The position numbers and the translations under genes were made by a program. From the IMG/VR virus record IMGVR_UViG_3300027759_000003, positions 32,001 to 96,000 of that record: a stretch of 64,000 bases of DNA; one strand, 5' to 3'. Origin of the DNA: a virus. This document shows positions 20,190-29,278 of the stretch, in pieces; the first letter of the stretch is position 1, and each line of letters opens with the position of its first letter. The notes beneath the pieces are model-generated. The model made no database searches and was not told the DNA's origin. It worked only from the letters and a program-made list of their open reading frames with translations.

Positions 20190-21191
20190 ATGAAAAAAAT
20201 AGTGGTGGGAATTATAACTGTATTAGGTTTAACATTAATTCAATCACCTGCACATGCAGAGGTTTGTTCTACTGGAACTATTACCGTTTCTGGTATTAAT
20301 ACTTTTGGTCAACTTCCATGTACAGATCCTGGAACTGAGATTAATGTAACCGTTCGTGGTTTACATGATTATGGAGTTTCTGGTGGATTAACTGCCTATT
20401 GCTCATTTAATTACGTAAGGAGAAATTTAGGTACAGTTGAAAAACCTAATTGGTCAGCATCTACAAATACTGTTTGTGATCCAAAACCAACTCCTCCTGC
20501 ACCAACTCCTACGCCAGTGCCTACGCCAACTCCTACGCCAGTGCCTACGCCAACTCCTACGCCAGTGCCTACGCCAGTGCCAAGTGTTGAAACTAGGACG
20601 GTATCAACAGGTACATCGTCAACTTCATCAACAACTACAACTAATAACAATACAACAACCAATCAATTAAATGGTTATGCAGTAGTACATCCTACTGGAT
20701 ATGTATGTGGAGTTATTGTTGGTGGCTCATACTTTGCAGGAAATGATAAAACTATGACATCAGAGTATATGGGTTGTCCAGTAGGTAGTAAAATAATTTC
20801 ACAAACAAACGCATCTCCAGAAGGAAATGTTGCTGGATGGCATGGTCAAAATGTAACATATAATCAAAATCAATTTGCAATCAAAAATGATTCTGGAACT
20901 GTTACAACTACTATTCAAAATGGAGTAGCAACAGATTTGAACGGTAGAACTTGGGATACTGGTTCAGGTGCTTGTATTAGTCAATGTACTACAACAAGTA
21001 TTTCTGATACAACTACTGCAACTACTGATACTTCAACTGCTCAGTTAAGATCTTTTAATGCGGGTGAAGTTATTACTACAGAAAGTAAAGTTTTAGCACT
21101 TATTAAAAGTTATTTAGCAAATAATTCTTATAGTTCTGTATTAAATAGGCTTGGTAGAATTACAAGACAAATAGGTAATTTGTTCTTGTAA
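20190..21191 (+). CDS. Secreted protein with Pro/Thr linker
   Basis: Signal peptide ending AHA; (PTPTPV)n and Thr-rich linkers. Confidence 0.75.
   Translation: MKKIVVGIITVLGLTLIQSPAHAEVCSTGTITVSGINTFGQLPCTDPGTEINVTVRGLHDYGVSGGLTAYCSFNYVRRNLGTVEKPNWSASTNTVCDPKPTPPAPTPTPVPTPTPTPVPTPTPTPVPTPVPSVETRTVSTGTSSTSSTTTTNNNTTTNQLNGYAVVHPTGYVCGVIVGGSYFAGNDKTMTSEYMGCPVGSKIISQTNASPEGNVAGWHGQNVTYNQNQFAIKNDSGTVTTTIQNGVATDLNGRTWDTGSGACISQCTTTSISDTTTATTDTSTAQLRSFNAGEVITTESKVLALIKSYLANNSYSSVLNRLGRITRQIGNLFL
20502..20582 (+). repeat. Coding tandem repeat, 24-bp unit CCAACTCCTACGCCAGTGCCTACG x3+
   Basis: Exact repeats encoding PTPTPVPT. Confidence 0.9.
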
Positions 21192-21198
21192 TAGGCTT

Positions 21199-21274
21199 TG
21201 GGTTGTAACTCAGTTGGCAGAGTGAGGAACTGTTAATTCCTAAGTCGTAGGTTCGAATCCTACCAACCCAGCCA
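21199..21274 (+). tRNA. tRNA-Asn(GTT)
   Basis: Acceptor TGGGTTG/CAACCCA, anticodon arm AGGAA-ctGTTaa-TTCCT, GTTCGAATC T-loop, encoded CCA. Confidence 0.95.
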
Positions 21275-21275
21275 A

Positions 21276-21346
21276 GCGAATATTGCATAGTGGTAGTGCG
21301 TAACCTTGCCAAGGTTAATGTGCGAGTTCGATTCTCGCTATTCGCT
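21276..21346 (+). tRNA. tRNA-Gly(GCC)
   Basis: Acceptor GCGAATA/TATTCGC, anticodon arm TAACC-ttGCCaa-GGTTA, GTTCGATTC. Confidence 0.93.
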
Positions 21347-21350
21347 CTCT

Positions 21351-21422
21351 GTCCCTATCGTCTAGTGGTTAGGACAACACCCTTTCACGGTGTAAACGAG
21401 AGTTCAATTCTCTCTAGGGATA
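21351..21422 (+). tRNA. tRNA-Glu(TTC)
   Basis: Acceptor GTCCCTA/TAGGGAT, anticodon arm ACACC-ctTTCac-GGTGT, GTTCAATTC. Confidence 0.92.
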
Positions 21423-21423
21423 C

Positions 21424-21495
21424 GCCTCCTTAACTCAGGGGTAGAGTACCCGCCTTGTAAGCGGGTTGTCGTAGGTTCAAATCCTACAGGAGGCT
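21424..21495 (+). tRNA. tRNA-Thr(TGT)
   Basis: Acceptor GCCTCCT/AGGAGGC, anticodon arm CCCGC-ctTGTaa-GCGGG, GTTCAAATC. Confidence 0.93.
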
Positions 21496-21567
21496 CAATA
21501 AATGGTATAATAGGATTGTATCTGCCTACGGGGGATACATAAACTAACTCGCTGAAAAGGAGAAAAA

Positions 21568-21987
21568 ATGGTAAGTTCGTTTGCATTGGATCTTTTTAAG
21601 GATCCATTTTTTATTGGTTTCAATCGTGAATTGGACCGTTTAAGTACAGTACACAATCTAGCAACTCGTCAGGCATATCCGCCATACGATATCTTAAAAT
21701 TAGACGAAGATACATACAGATTATCTTTGGCTGTTGCTGGATTTTCAAAAACAGATATTAATGTTTCAGTAGATAATGGAACATTAATAATTAAAGGTGA
21801 AATAGTAGAAGTAACAGATGCTGAAGTTGTTCATAAGGGAATCGCTGCTCGTAAATTTACTCGCACATTTGCTCTTGGTGAATACATGGAAGTATCTAGT
21901 GCTGAACTTAAGGATGGCATGCTTACAGTTAATATTGTTCGTATTGTTCCTGAAGACAAGAAACCTAAAGTAATTAAAATAAAATAA
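21568..21987 (+). CDS. Small heat-shock protein (Hsp20/IbpA family)
   Basis: YPPYDI, LAVAGFSK, HKGIAARKFTRTFAL and AELKDGML motifs. Confidence 0.95.
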   Translation: MVSSFALDLFKDPFFIGFNRELDRLSTVHNLATRQAYPPYDILKLDEDTYRLSLAVAGFSKTDINVSVDNGTLIIKGEIVEVTDAEVVHKGIAARKFTRTFALGEYMEVSSAELKDGMLTVNIVRIVPEDKKPKVIKIK

Positions 21988-21991
21988 ATAA

Positions 21992-22020
21992 ACAACCTAG
22001 GCATGTTGTAAAACTGCCTA
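21992..22020 (+). ncRNA. Copy of a repeated H-type pseudoknot-like RNA motif (3' of hsp20)
   Basis: ACAAC-CTAGGCAT-GTTGT-AAAAC-TGCCTA: P1 ACAAC/GTTGT, P2 TAGGCA/TGCCTA. Confidence 0.55.
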
Positions 22021-22057
22021 TTATTTGATATACTTAGATATAACTATAGGAGAATTA

Positions 22058-22231
22058 ATGCCAAGATATGATTACAAATGCTCTGTTTGTTCTTCACAAA
22101 TTGAGTTTGAAAAAAAATTTGATGAAGAAAAATATCCAGTATGCTGTAATCAATCTATGCAAAGACTTTGGAGTGCTCCTACTGCAATTTTTAACGGTAG
22201 TGGATTTTATTCAACAGACAATAGAAAGTAG
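22058..22231 (+). CDS. FmdB-family zinc-ribbon protein
   Basis: MPRYDYKCSVC...FNGSGFYSTD signature. Confidence 0.88.
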   Translation: MPRYDYKCSVCSSQIEFEKKFDEEKYPVCCNQSMQRLWSAPTAIFNGSGFYSTDNRK

Positions 22232-22246
22232 CGATATAATAGTACT

Positions 22247-22504
22247 ATGACAAACATATTAAAAGATCATCCAAGCGTAAAGCCAAAACAATGGGTTTTA
22301 GATGCAAAAGATCGTTGTGATACATGCCAAGCACAAGCCTTAGTCAAAGTCAAAGGGGCTTCTGGAGAATTAATGTTTTGTAGTCATCACTACGATAAGA
22401 TAATGAATAACTCTGAGTCATATGCAAAGATGATGTCTTTCATGTTAGAGGTTCTTGATGAGCGTGAAAAGTTAGTTGAAAATAGAGCGATTGGGGCAGT
22501 GTAA
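22247..22504 (+). CDS. Hypothetical protein (DRCDxC...LMFCxHH family)
   Basis: Zn-binding motif seen in actinobacterial/phage small proteins. Confidence 0.7.
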   Translation: MTNILKDHPSVKPKQWVLDAKDRCDTCQAQALVKVKGASGELMFCSHHYDKIMNNSESYAKMMSFMLEVLDEREKLVENRAIGAV

Positions 22505-22911
22505 TGTATGAGTATTTTGTTAGAGAAGTAAAAAGTGTTGTTGATGGAGATACCATTGACGTAATTATTGATTTAGGGTTTGATATTTTATTTTCATCCC
22601 GTGTTCGTTTGGCTGGCATCGATACGCCAGAGTCACGTACAACAGACAAGGCTGAAAAGGCTCTTGGTCTTGAGGCTAAAGAATATTTAAAGAAACAGTT
22701 AAAGGATGCTAAGTCAGTTGTTATTCGTACAGAAAAAATGAATTCTTCTGAAAAATATGGACGTATTCTTGGTTGGATATATATTAATGGAGAATCAGAG
22801 TCTATTAATAATAAAATGATTAATGATGGATATGCTTGGGGATACCTTGGCGAAACCAAAATTAAAGATTTTGAAGTATTAAAAAAGGCTAGAGTAAAGT
22901 CTGGCAAATGA
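22504..22911 (+). CDS. Thermonuclease (SNase family)
   Basis: VVDGDTID, VRLAGIDTPE and EKYGRILG motifs. Confidence 0.92.
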   Translation: MYEYFVREVKSVVDGDTIDVIIDLGFDILFSSRVRLAGIDTPESRTTDKAEKALGLEAKEYLKKQLKDAKSVVIRTEKMNSSEKYGRILGWIYINGESESINNKMINDGYAWGYLGETKIKDFEVLKKARVKSGK

Positions 22912-23165
22912 AATCAATACTTTACTTTACGGCAGACTGGTGTCAGCCTTGTAAGAAAGTAAAGCCAATTGTTGAAGAATTAAATAGAGAATATTTTCCT
23001 GGTATTTTTCAAATAGTTGATGTAGATATAGAAAGTGAAATGGCTAAAACTTTTGAAATTCGTTCTGTGCCAACATTTATTTTATTTAAAGACGGTAAAG
23101 AAATTAATAAAATAATTGGATCACAGACCAAACAATCATTATTGGAGTTTATTGGAAATGAATAA
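22908..23165 (+). CDS. Thioredoxin
   Basis: FTADWCQPCK active site, RSVPTFILFKDG. Confidence 0.92.
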   Translation: MKSILYFTADWCQPCKKVKPIVEELNREYFPGIFQIVDVDIESEMAKTFEIRSVPTFILFKDGKEINKIIGSQTKQSLLEFIGNE

Positions 23166-23493
23166 CGAAGAAGAAAAAATAATTGAAAAACTTATTCTTG
23201 ATGGTGGATTAGAAACTGTAGGGGTTGACCAAGAAACTGGAGAACTTTTATACTCTTTTACTCCTAAGATTAAAAATCTTATGCCTAATTTATATAATGA
23301 GCACATAACAGATGTTAATTCTTGTGTTATGAAATTATGGGAAAAGGGGTTTTTAGAAATAGATTTCTTTGCTTCAGAACCCATTATTACCCTATCTGAA
23401 AAAGCCTTTGATCGTGATGCAGTAGAGGGTTTATCTAAAAAAGACAGGTGGAATCTTTTTGAAATCATACGGCTTTTGAATCCTAAAACCTGA
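23158..23493 (+). CDS. Hypothetical protein
   Basis: ATG at 23158 overlapping the thioredoxin stop. Confidence 0.6.
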   Translation: MNNEEEKIIEKLILDGGLETVGVDQETGELLYSFTPKIKNLMPNLYNEHITDVNSCVMKLWEKGFLEIDFFASEPIITLSEKAFDRDAVEGLSKKDRWNLFEIIRLLNPKT

Positions 23494-23522
23494 TATAATC
23501 TATATATAGCCTAGGAGGTTTT

Positions 23523-24326
23523 ATGTCAGTAAACGAAGATAAAAATGTGCCAATCTCAAAATCAATGGTAGCAGAGGGTGACTTTGTTATGTTTGTTCAT
23601 GAGGATGATGGCATTATGGCTGGTCGTATTGAATATGTTATGACTAATCCTGGTTTACTTGGTCTTCCTGGTTCTGAATACTCAATGGAATATGCTGAAG
23701 ATGACAAACCAGTTATTGTTCGTGCTTATAAAGAAGAAGATGGCGCATGGGAAGAACAGGCATATGTTTTTTATCATCGCATGTCAGAAGTTATAAAAAT
23801 TGAATCACTATCTGTTTCAGTTGACATGGTTGTAGAAATGGGATCAAATGGAACTGGTATTCCAACAATCCCATCGCAATCTGATATGGAAAACATGTAT
23901 GCTGTTCAGGTAAGCAAATCCTACAACTCAGATAATGAAGATGAAGACAAGTGGGACAATATGACAAAAGCATGTTGGGTTGGATATGAACAACGTGGCA
24001 TGAAAGAAAAAGGTGGACGCATGGTTCCTAATTGTGTTCCTGTTAACAAACTAAAAGAAATGGAAAATGAAATGGCAAAAGCAAAACCTAATTATGGAGA
24101 TTTTATTAAACCACGTAGGGGTGGATCAACACCATCAGATCCTAAACTATATGCAAGAGTTGTGCAAGCAGCAAAAGATAAGTTTGACGTTTATCCGTCT
24201 GCAGTAGCAAATTCTTGGGTAGTACAAGAATATAAGCGTCGTGGCGGTACATACAAATCAGAGTCACAATCTACAACAAAAAGTATTTGGGATGGATCTT
24301 TTAATCCTTTAAGGTTTGAAAAATAA
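23523..24326 (+). CDS. Multi-motif hypothetical protein (CWxGY...MVPNCVP motif; C-terminal DUF5872-like segment)
   Basis: AGGAGG RBS; KLYARV...KFDVYPSA.A..WVVQEYKRRGGTY. Confidence 0.65.
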   Translation: MSVNEDKNVPISKSMVAEGDFVMFVHEDDGIMAGRIEYVMTNPGLLGLPGSEYSMEYAEDDKPVIVRAYKEEDGAWEEQAYVFYHRMSEVIKIESLSVSVDMVVEMGSNGTGIPTIPSQSDMENMYAVQVSKSYNSDNEDEDKWDNMTKACWVGYEQRGMKEKGGRMVPNCVPVNKLKEMENEMAKAKPNYGDFIKPRRGGSTPSDPKLYARVVQAAKDKFDVYPSAVANSWVVQEYKRRGGTYKSESQSTTKSIWDGSFNPLRFEK

Positions 24327-24466
24327 TGACAAAGAAAAAAACAACAGCATTCAATCCTACACAAATAAAAAATGGTAGGATTGTTCGTTTAAGAAAAGAC
24401 GGTACCATAAAAACAGATCTTGGTCCGTATCCAAAAACAAAGGCAGGGGTAACTAATGGCAAATAA
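24326..24466 (+). CDS. Small basic protein (46 aa)
   Basis: Read by eye: MTKKKTTAFNPTQIKNGRIVRLRKDGTIKTDLGPY...; coupled start. Confidence 0.5.
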   Translation: MTKKKTTAFNPTQIKNGRIVRLRKDGTIKTDLGPYPKTKAGVTNGK

Positions 24467-24566
24467 AGAACAAAAAGGTAATGCTAATACAAAAAAAGAG
24501 CCTAAGATGACTCTTAAAGAAAAACGTGTTGCTAAACAACAAAAACGGGATAAGAAAAATGGCTGA
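24456..24566 (+). CDS. Small Lys-rich protein (36 aa)
   Basis: Read by eye: MANKEQKGNANTKKEPKMTLKEKRVAKQQKRDKKNG; G-rich RBS. Confidence 0.5.
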   Translation: MANKEQKGNANTKKEPKMTLKEKRVAKQQKRDKKNG

Positions 24567-24930
24567 TACATACACTCCTACTTCTGGTATGAAGGCTGCT
24601 GCTCGTCGTGCATTGAAGTGGAAAGAAGATGGTAAGGCAACTGGCGCAGGAACTCCAGTAGGCTGGGGTCGTGCAACTGATATTGTAAATGGATCAGCAA
24701 TGTCTCTTAGTACTGTTAAAAGAATGTTTTCTTTCTTTTCCCGTCACGAAGTAGATAAAAAAGGCAAAGGTTTTTATGATGGTCCAGAGTTCCCTTCTAA
24801 CGGCAGAATTATGTGGGATGCTTGGGGTGGTGATGCAGGATTTTCATGGAGCCGTGCAATTGTGGAAAGAGAAAAAAAACAAGTAGAAAAGGTTTGGGCA
24901 GATAGCCCATTTAATTTAAGGAAGGGGTAA
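24559..24930 (+). CDS. Conserved phage protein (domain often associated with head morphogenesis genes)
   Basis: GTPVGWGRA...TVKRMFSFFSRHE...IMWDAWGGDAGFSWS motif. Confidence 0.7.
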   Translation: MADTYTPTSGMKAAARRALKWKEDGKATGAGTPVGWGRATDIVNGSAMSLSTVKRMFSFFSRHEVDKKGKGFYDGPEFPSNGRIMWDAWGGDAGFSWSRAIVEREKKQVEKVWADSPFNLRKG

Positions 24931-24933
24931 AAA

Positions 24934-25092
24934 GTGGAGGACTTAACCATTGAAGAAGTAAAACAATTAGTTGTATTTTATAAACAAAAATCTTCAGATC
25001 TTGAGTTTAATTTATTGCAAATGCAAATAAAGTTAAATAGGACTATGTCTGTTGAAAATTCAGTAGAAGCAAAACCAGTAATTAAAAAGTAG
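24934..25092 (+). CDS. Small coiled-coil protein
   Basis: GTG start after AAGGGG; 52 aa read by eye. Confidence 0.5.
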   Translation: MEDLTIEEVKQLVVFYKQKSSDLEFNLLQMQIKLNRTMSVENSVEAKPVIKK

Positions 25093-25105
25093 ATTGGTCT
25101 GAATA

Positions 25106-25525
25106 ATGCAAGAGTTAATAGTCTTAGGCTTGACATTGGCTCTTGCTTGGTTTATACTTAGAGTAGGTAAAAGAAATAAAGAAAAACCTTTTTCTAGAAC
25201 TTTGCATAAACAAAGTGATACGCATAGGTTAATGAAATTATTTTTTTCCATGCCTATATCAAATAACCAGCAAAACCTTTCTCAATTGACAAAACATAAA
25301 GAAAAGGGTATGATTAAGGTTATTGTTTTAGGCAACGAAGCATATTGGATATCTAATCATATTTTTTATGTTGCAGAGGCTGTAGACGGTGAGGTACAAC
25401 GCCACACCGCTAAACCAATAGATACTAGTACTTTATCAAAAGGTGACTTAGATAAAATGCTTTTTATATTAGATAGTTTAAGGGATGGAAAAAGAGATGA
25501 TCGTGGCAGTTCAGGGCACAAGTGA
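25106..25525 (+). CDS. Hypothetical protein with N-terminal TM anchor
   Basis: 139-aa ORF in the operon. Confidence 0.6.
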   Translation: MQELIVLGLTLALAWFILRVGKRNKEKPFSRTLHKQSDTHRLMKLFFSMPISNNQQNLSQLTKHKEKGMIKVIVLGNEAYWISNHIFYVAEAVDGEVQRHTAKPIDTSTLSKGDLDKMLFILDSLRDGKRDDRGSSGHK

Positions 25526-25847
25526 GTTTAATGATTACAACGTATTCATTCGCTCTATGGGTGTTGCCATGTCAAACATGCATAAAGACGATACAGAGTT
25601 TGTAATTTACTCTGCTGGTCCTGCTAAAATAAATTCTTTTGTTTCTGAGTTTTCTAATTTATCTGAAAGAGGAATGAAAGCAAGAGGAAAAAAGATTAAA
25701 TTTTATAAAGTTGCTCCAGTTTGGATGCAAGAAAATTTAGATCAAATTAACTACTTTGCTTTCTTAAGTAAGCCTAATGAAAAAACTTCAAAATTAGTTT
25801 CAGAGGCACAGTTAAAAAATGTAGAAGTTGGTATATTTAAATACTAG
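25497..25847 (+). CDS. Hypothetical protein (possible SLOG/YspA-like fold)
   Basis: MIVAVQGT.EFNDY N-terminus resembles SLOG-type proteins. Confidence 0.5.
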   Translation: MIVAVQGTSEFNDYNVFIRSMGVAMSNMHKDDTEFVIYSAGPAKINSFVSEFSNLSERGMKARGKKIKFYKVAPVWMQENLDQINYFAFLSKPNEKTSKLVSEAQLKNVEVGIFKY

Positions 25848-25856
25848 GGGGTATTT

Positions 25857-26066
25857 ATGTTTATTAGAAGTTTGAATACTATGGAAAAAATTATTTCCAA
25901 AAATAATAATTTACTTTGGAATGGTTGGGATGTTATTGATTTAAAAGAATCTGACATTGCAAAAACATCTCCAATGGGTATTAGAGTTAAAGATAAGTGG
26001 TACATCCACAAAGTTTATTCTCCTGGTCGTAATGGGTGGGATATACCAAACAAGTATCGAGAGTAA
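25857..26066 (+). CDS. Hypothetical protein
   Basis: 69-aa ORF, LLWNGWDV motif, G-rich RBS. Confidence 0.6.
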   Translation: MFIRSLNTMEKIISKNNNLLWNGWDVIDLKESDIAKTSPMGIRVKDKWYIHKVYSPGRNGWDIPNKYRE

Positions 26067-26068
26067 TT

Positions 26069-26353
26069 ATGAAACAGCATTTATGGAAAGATGACGCAAT
26101 TTGTTTAGGTCTTGATACAAATATTTATTTTGATAAATATGAAGACAACGAATCTGGTAGGGCAATTGTTGATTCAATGTGCCAGCAATGTCCAGTAGCA
26201 AAAACATGCTTTGCAGTAGGCATCTCTGGTAAAGAGTGGGGTGTTTGGGGTGGAGTATATCTAGAAGGTGGAGAAGTATCTAGAGAGTTTAACAAGCATA
26301 AGACTAAAGAAGATTGGTCCAATACCTGGCAATCTTTAACAATGGAAAAATAA
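26069..26353 (+). CDS. whiB: WhiB-family Fe-S transcription factor
   Basis: W...AIC...FD...CQQCPV...C...EWGVWGG: four Cys plus the G(V)WGG turn. Confidence 0.92.
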   Translation: MKQHLWKDDAICLGLDTNIYFDKYEDNESGRAIVDSMCQQCPVAKTCFAVGISGKEWGVWGGVYLEGGEVSREFNKHKTKEDWSNTWQSLTMEK

Positions 26354-26586
26354 TGTATACAGATAAAATGAAAATGGCATTTCATTCTATTCCAGCCCCT
26401 AAAAATTTCAAGGTAGAAATTATTGATAACGAACATTTTATAACCATTAAGGCTAATGAGGATATGTTTATGCGTCTATTTGACACAGAGAAGCGACATG
26501 CTGTAGAATATATGGTAAGAGTAAAAAAGGCTTTAGAGGATAATGGGGCAATTGTAATGATTACTAGGGAGGCTATTAAAAAATGA
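26353..26586 (+). CDS. Hypothetical protein
   Basis: ATG at 26353 coupled to the whiB stop. Confidence 0.6.
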   Translation: MYTDKMKMAFHSIPAPKNFKVEIIDNEHFITIKANEDMFMRLFDTEKRHAVEYMVRVKKALEDNGAIVMITREAIKK

Positions 26587-27005
26587 AAGATGCTATTTTA
26601 ATATTTTCTATAGTGCTATCAGTGTCATTTGCTATATCCTATATGGCGGTTTTGCATCAATTAAGAAACCTTAAACTATCATTTGCTAAATTATTCTTAG
26701 AGAATATAACGCTAATTGATAATGCTGAAAAGTTACAATCTTCAAGAGAGTTATCTGAAAATGATATACATAGAGAAAATTTTATAAAGTTTTTATCTGA
26801 TTCTAGAGACTGGGCTTTTACTTATATAGAAGATGTTCAAAATGGTTTAACTAAGTTTGTTGAAGAAATTGATCCAAGCATTAACTATTTCTCAGATTTT
26901 AGTACAATGTCAGAAGGCAATCCATTACATAATGAGATGAAAATAATATCTAATGCCTATAAAGATTTAAAAAAGTTTTTACCAGAAAATGTAGAAGATA
27001 AATGA
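26583..27005 (+). CDS. Hypothetical protein with N-terminal TM
   Basis: 140-aa ORF, FIKFLSDSRDWAF motif. Confidence 0.6.
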   Translation: MKDAILIFSIVLSVSFAISYMAVLHQLRNLKLSFAKLFLENITLIDNAEKLQSSRELSENDIHRENFIKFLSDSRDWAFTYIEDVQNGLTKFVEEIDPSINYFSDFSTMSEGNPLHNEMKIISNAYKDLKKFLPENVEDK

Positions 27006-27160
27006 AAACTATACTTCTATCAACACTAACAGGTTTTGGGTGCGGTCTCGTGTTTGCTGCATTCAAATTGCCAGTACCAGCACCACCAGTTTTTGCGGGA
27101 GTCGCAGGAATTATTGGGATTTGGATTGGCTTTACAACAATGACACAAATTATATCCTAG
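27002..27160 (+). CDS. XapX/DUF1427-family small membrane protein (missing from the ORF track)
   Basis: MKTILLSTLTGFGCGLVFAAFKLPVPAPPVFAGVAGIIGIWIG matches the family signature. Confidence 0.8.
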   Translation: MKTILLSTLTGFGCGLVFAAFKLPVPAPPVFAGVAGIIGIWIGFTTMTQIIS

Positions 27161-27168
27161 GAGGAATA

Positions 27169-27435
27169 ATGAATAACTTAATTAATGATAAGACAAAGGC
27201 AATGCTAGCGTCATATGGTCGCTCAGTTCTTGCATCAGGTCTTGCACTATACATGGCAGGCGTAACAGATCCAAAGGATCTATGGGCTGCACTAGTTGCT
27301 GCTATAGCACCCGTTGCATTGAGAGCGCTCAATCCAAATGATAAAGCGTTTGGTATTTTACCTGATGCTGCTGAGGTTGCAAAGGCTTTAAAGGCTGCAA
27401 AAGCACCTTTAAAAAAGGCTGCTAAAAAGAAGTAA
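27169..27435 (+). CDS. Putative holin (actinophage type)
   Basis: AGGAGG RBS; two TM segments, LRALNPNDKAFG, Lys/Ala tail. Confidence 0.65.
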   Translation: MNNLINDKTKAMLASYGRSVLASGLALYMAGVTDPKDLWAALVAAIAPVALRALNPNDKAFGILPDAAEVAKALKAAKAPLKKAAKKK

Positions 27436-27452
27436 ACAATCTTCTATAAGAT

Positions 27453-27485
27453 AGCCAGTCTAGAAATAGGCTGGCTTTTCTTTTA
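27453..27485. terminator. Terminator between convergent operons
   Basis: AGCCAGTCTA-gaaa-TAGGCTGGCT followed by T-rich tract. Confidence 0.8.
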
Positions 27486-28520
27486 TTTGTTTATAATTTC
27501 TAAGTATTTTTGTTTTAATTTATCTATAGAAAAGTTTTCTAAACCAATTGATAATGCTTTTTCTTTAAATTCTTTTTTATTATTATTTTTAATATATCTA
27601 TCAACTATGTTTGCAAATTTATCTGGAACAATATTATAAATATCAACCATTGACTTTGTTCTAAATGATCCTATCTTTGTTGATTCTACTAACCAATCTT
27701 CAGGCAATATTGTATTATTTGGAGATACATTAGTCATAAAAACTGGCAGGGCACTCATAAGAGCCTCATTCATAGGTAAACAAAGACCAGCATACCTTCT
27801 AGGCAGAATCATTGCATCAAAGCCATCATACATGTCTTCCCTACTGGCTGGATTACCTATTTCAATCTTTACCCTAGAATCTTTACAGTTTGTATCAATT
27901 GGGGTTTGGGATTTAATTACTAATTCGTAATCTTCTTTAGAATGCTTGACCATCTCAAAAATACTTTCAGTTCCATTTCTATCTTTTGCAGCCTTTTTAC
28001 CAGCAATATGAAGTATACGGTTGTGATCTTTTGAAAGATTATTGTCTTTTGCTTTATTAAATAAAGACTCATTTGTTGGTGGTGGTAAATGAATTACATC
28101 ACATGCAGAGCCAAACCTTTCTTTTACTATGTCTATATTCCAAAGACTAGGAGATAGCAATACATCTGGTAATGACCAGTTAGGGTTTGTTAAGTTACCA
28201 AAAAGTTCGTAGTTGTATTGAAGAATAGTCTTTGTTCCTTGTTGCCTAGCAAGATCTACAAGGTCTAAATGATAAAAGGTTTCACAACTAATTACTACAT
28301 CAACATCTTTTAAAAACCAAATAATTTCTTTTGTTGTTGGCATACCTCCCCTAGTTGAGTAAAAATTATAACCTTCATACCATTCAGGATGCTGTTTATT
28401 TTTATTAAACGGGGCAGAGTCAATTAAAAGAATCTTATCAGGATTAAGCATATTAACTAACTCTCTAGTCTGATTGCCAAGACCAGTGTTGTCTGATCTT
28501 GCTATGATTCCTAGTCTCAT
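27483..28520 (-). CDS. Glycosyltransferase (GT-B, GT4-like)
   Basis: GLGNQT, ILPRRYAGLCLPMNEALMSALPV motifs. Confidence 0.8.
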   Translation of the reverse strand: MRLGIIARSDNTGLGNQTRELVNMLNPDKILLIDSAPFNKNKQHPEWYEGYNFYSTRGGMPTTKEIIWFLKDVDVVISCETFYHLDLVDLARQQGTKTILQYNYELFGNLTNPNWSLPDVLLSPSLWNIDIVKERFGSACDVIHLPPPTNESLFNKAKDNNLSKDHNRILHIAGKKAAKDRNGTESIFEMVKHSKEDYELVIKSQTPIDTNCKDSRVKIEIGNPASREDMYDGFDAMILPRRYAGLCLPMNEALMSALPVFMTNVSPNNTILPEDWLVESTKIGSFRTKSMVDIYNIVPDKFANIVDRYIKNNNKKEFKEKALSIGLENFSIDKLKQKYLEIINK

Positions 28521-29278
28521 TCTTTATACCCCCAAGTTTCATCGTCTACCGTAAATTTGCGGGTACCTTGACGACCATCTAAATGATAAGAACGTTTAAT
28601 GTTTTCTTCAGGATGATAAATCCAAAGTTTATGAGTCTCCCAACCTTCTTGATTAAACTCCCCATATGGAGATATATCATCTTGAATTGCTCCATGAAAT
28701 GTATCTTCTATAAAAAATTTATCTTTACATCTTGGAAGCACAATGTCTTTATAATATTGTTTTCTACTTAGATGTGGTCGTTGACTCCATTGTATAGTTT
28801 TCATAAACCCATCTTCTAAACCAAACATAAGGTGTTCGTGATCTTTTGGTATAAATGCTTCAAAATGAAAACGAATAGTATTTGCTTTATTGTATTCAAA
28901 CATGTCCAAACATTTATCCCAGTCTATAGGTGTGTCTGGAGTTAATGGAGCGTCTCCTTCAACATAAAGCAATAGTGGTGTTTTAATTTCATTAATTGTT
29001 TTACGCATCATGTTGGTTTGATGGCTATGCTCTTTAAATATAAAAGGTAATATGTTTTTATCTTCATGTAAACATTTCCACAAAATACGATTTTTGTATT
29101 CATCGTAATCTTTTTTACGATCTTGTTGTTCTTCCCTAAGACCATCTATTTGCATAATAATTTCGTTGTCTGGAAAATGAGCACGAACATCACTAATAGT
29201 TTGATCTATCATTTTTGTGCTTGGATGATCTGTAATTACAGAAGTAGCCATGACAATTGTTATATCTTTTTTATGCAT
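28517..29278 (-). CDS. Glycosyltransferase (GT-A-like)
   Basis: ITIVMATS..., TPLLLYVEGD, HLDGR motifs; within the GT operon. Confidence 0.65.
   Translation of the reverse strand: MHKKDITIVMATSVITDHPSTKMIDQTISDVRAHFPDNEIIMQIDGLREEQQDRKKDYDEYKNRILWKCLHEDKNILPFIFKEHSHQTNMMRKTINEIKTPLLLYVEGDAPLTPDTPIDWDKCLDMFEYNKANTIRFHFEAFIPKDHEHLMFGLEDGFMKTIQWSQRPHLSRKQYYKDIVLPRCKDKFFIEDTFHGAIQDDISPYGEFNQEGWETHKLWIYHPEENIKRSYHLDGRQGTRKFTVDDETWGYKE

Noticed and set aside
21404-21586. Minus-strand 60-aa ORF
   Set aside because: Antisense to tRNA-Thr/tRNA-Glu and the hsp20 leader
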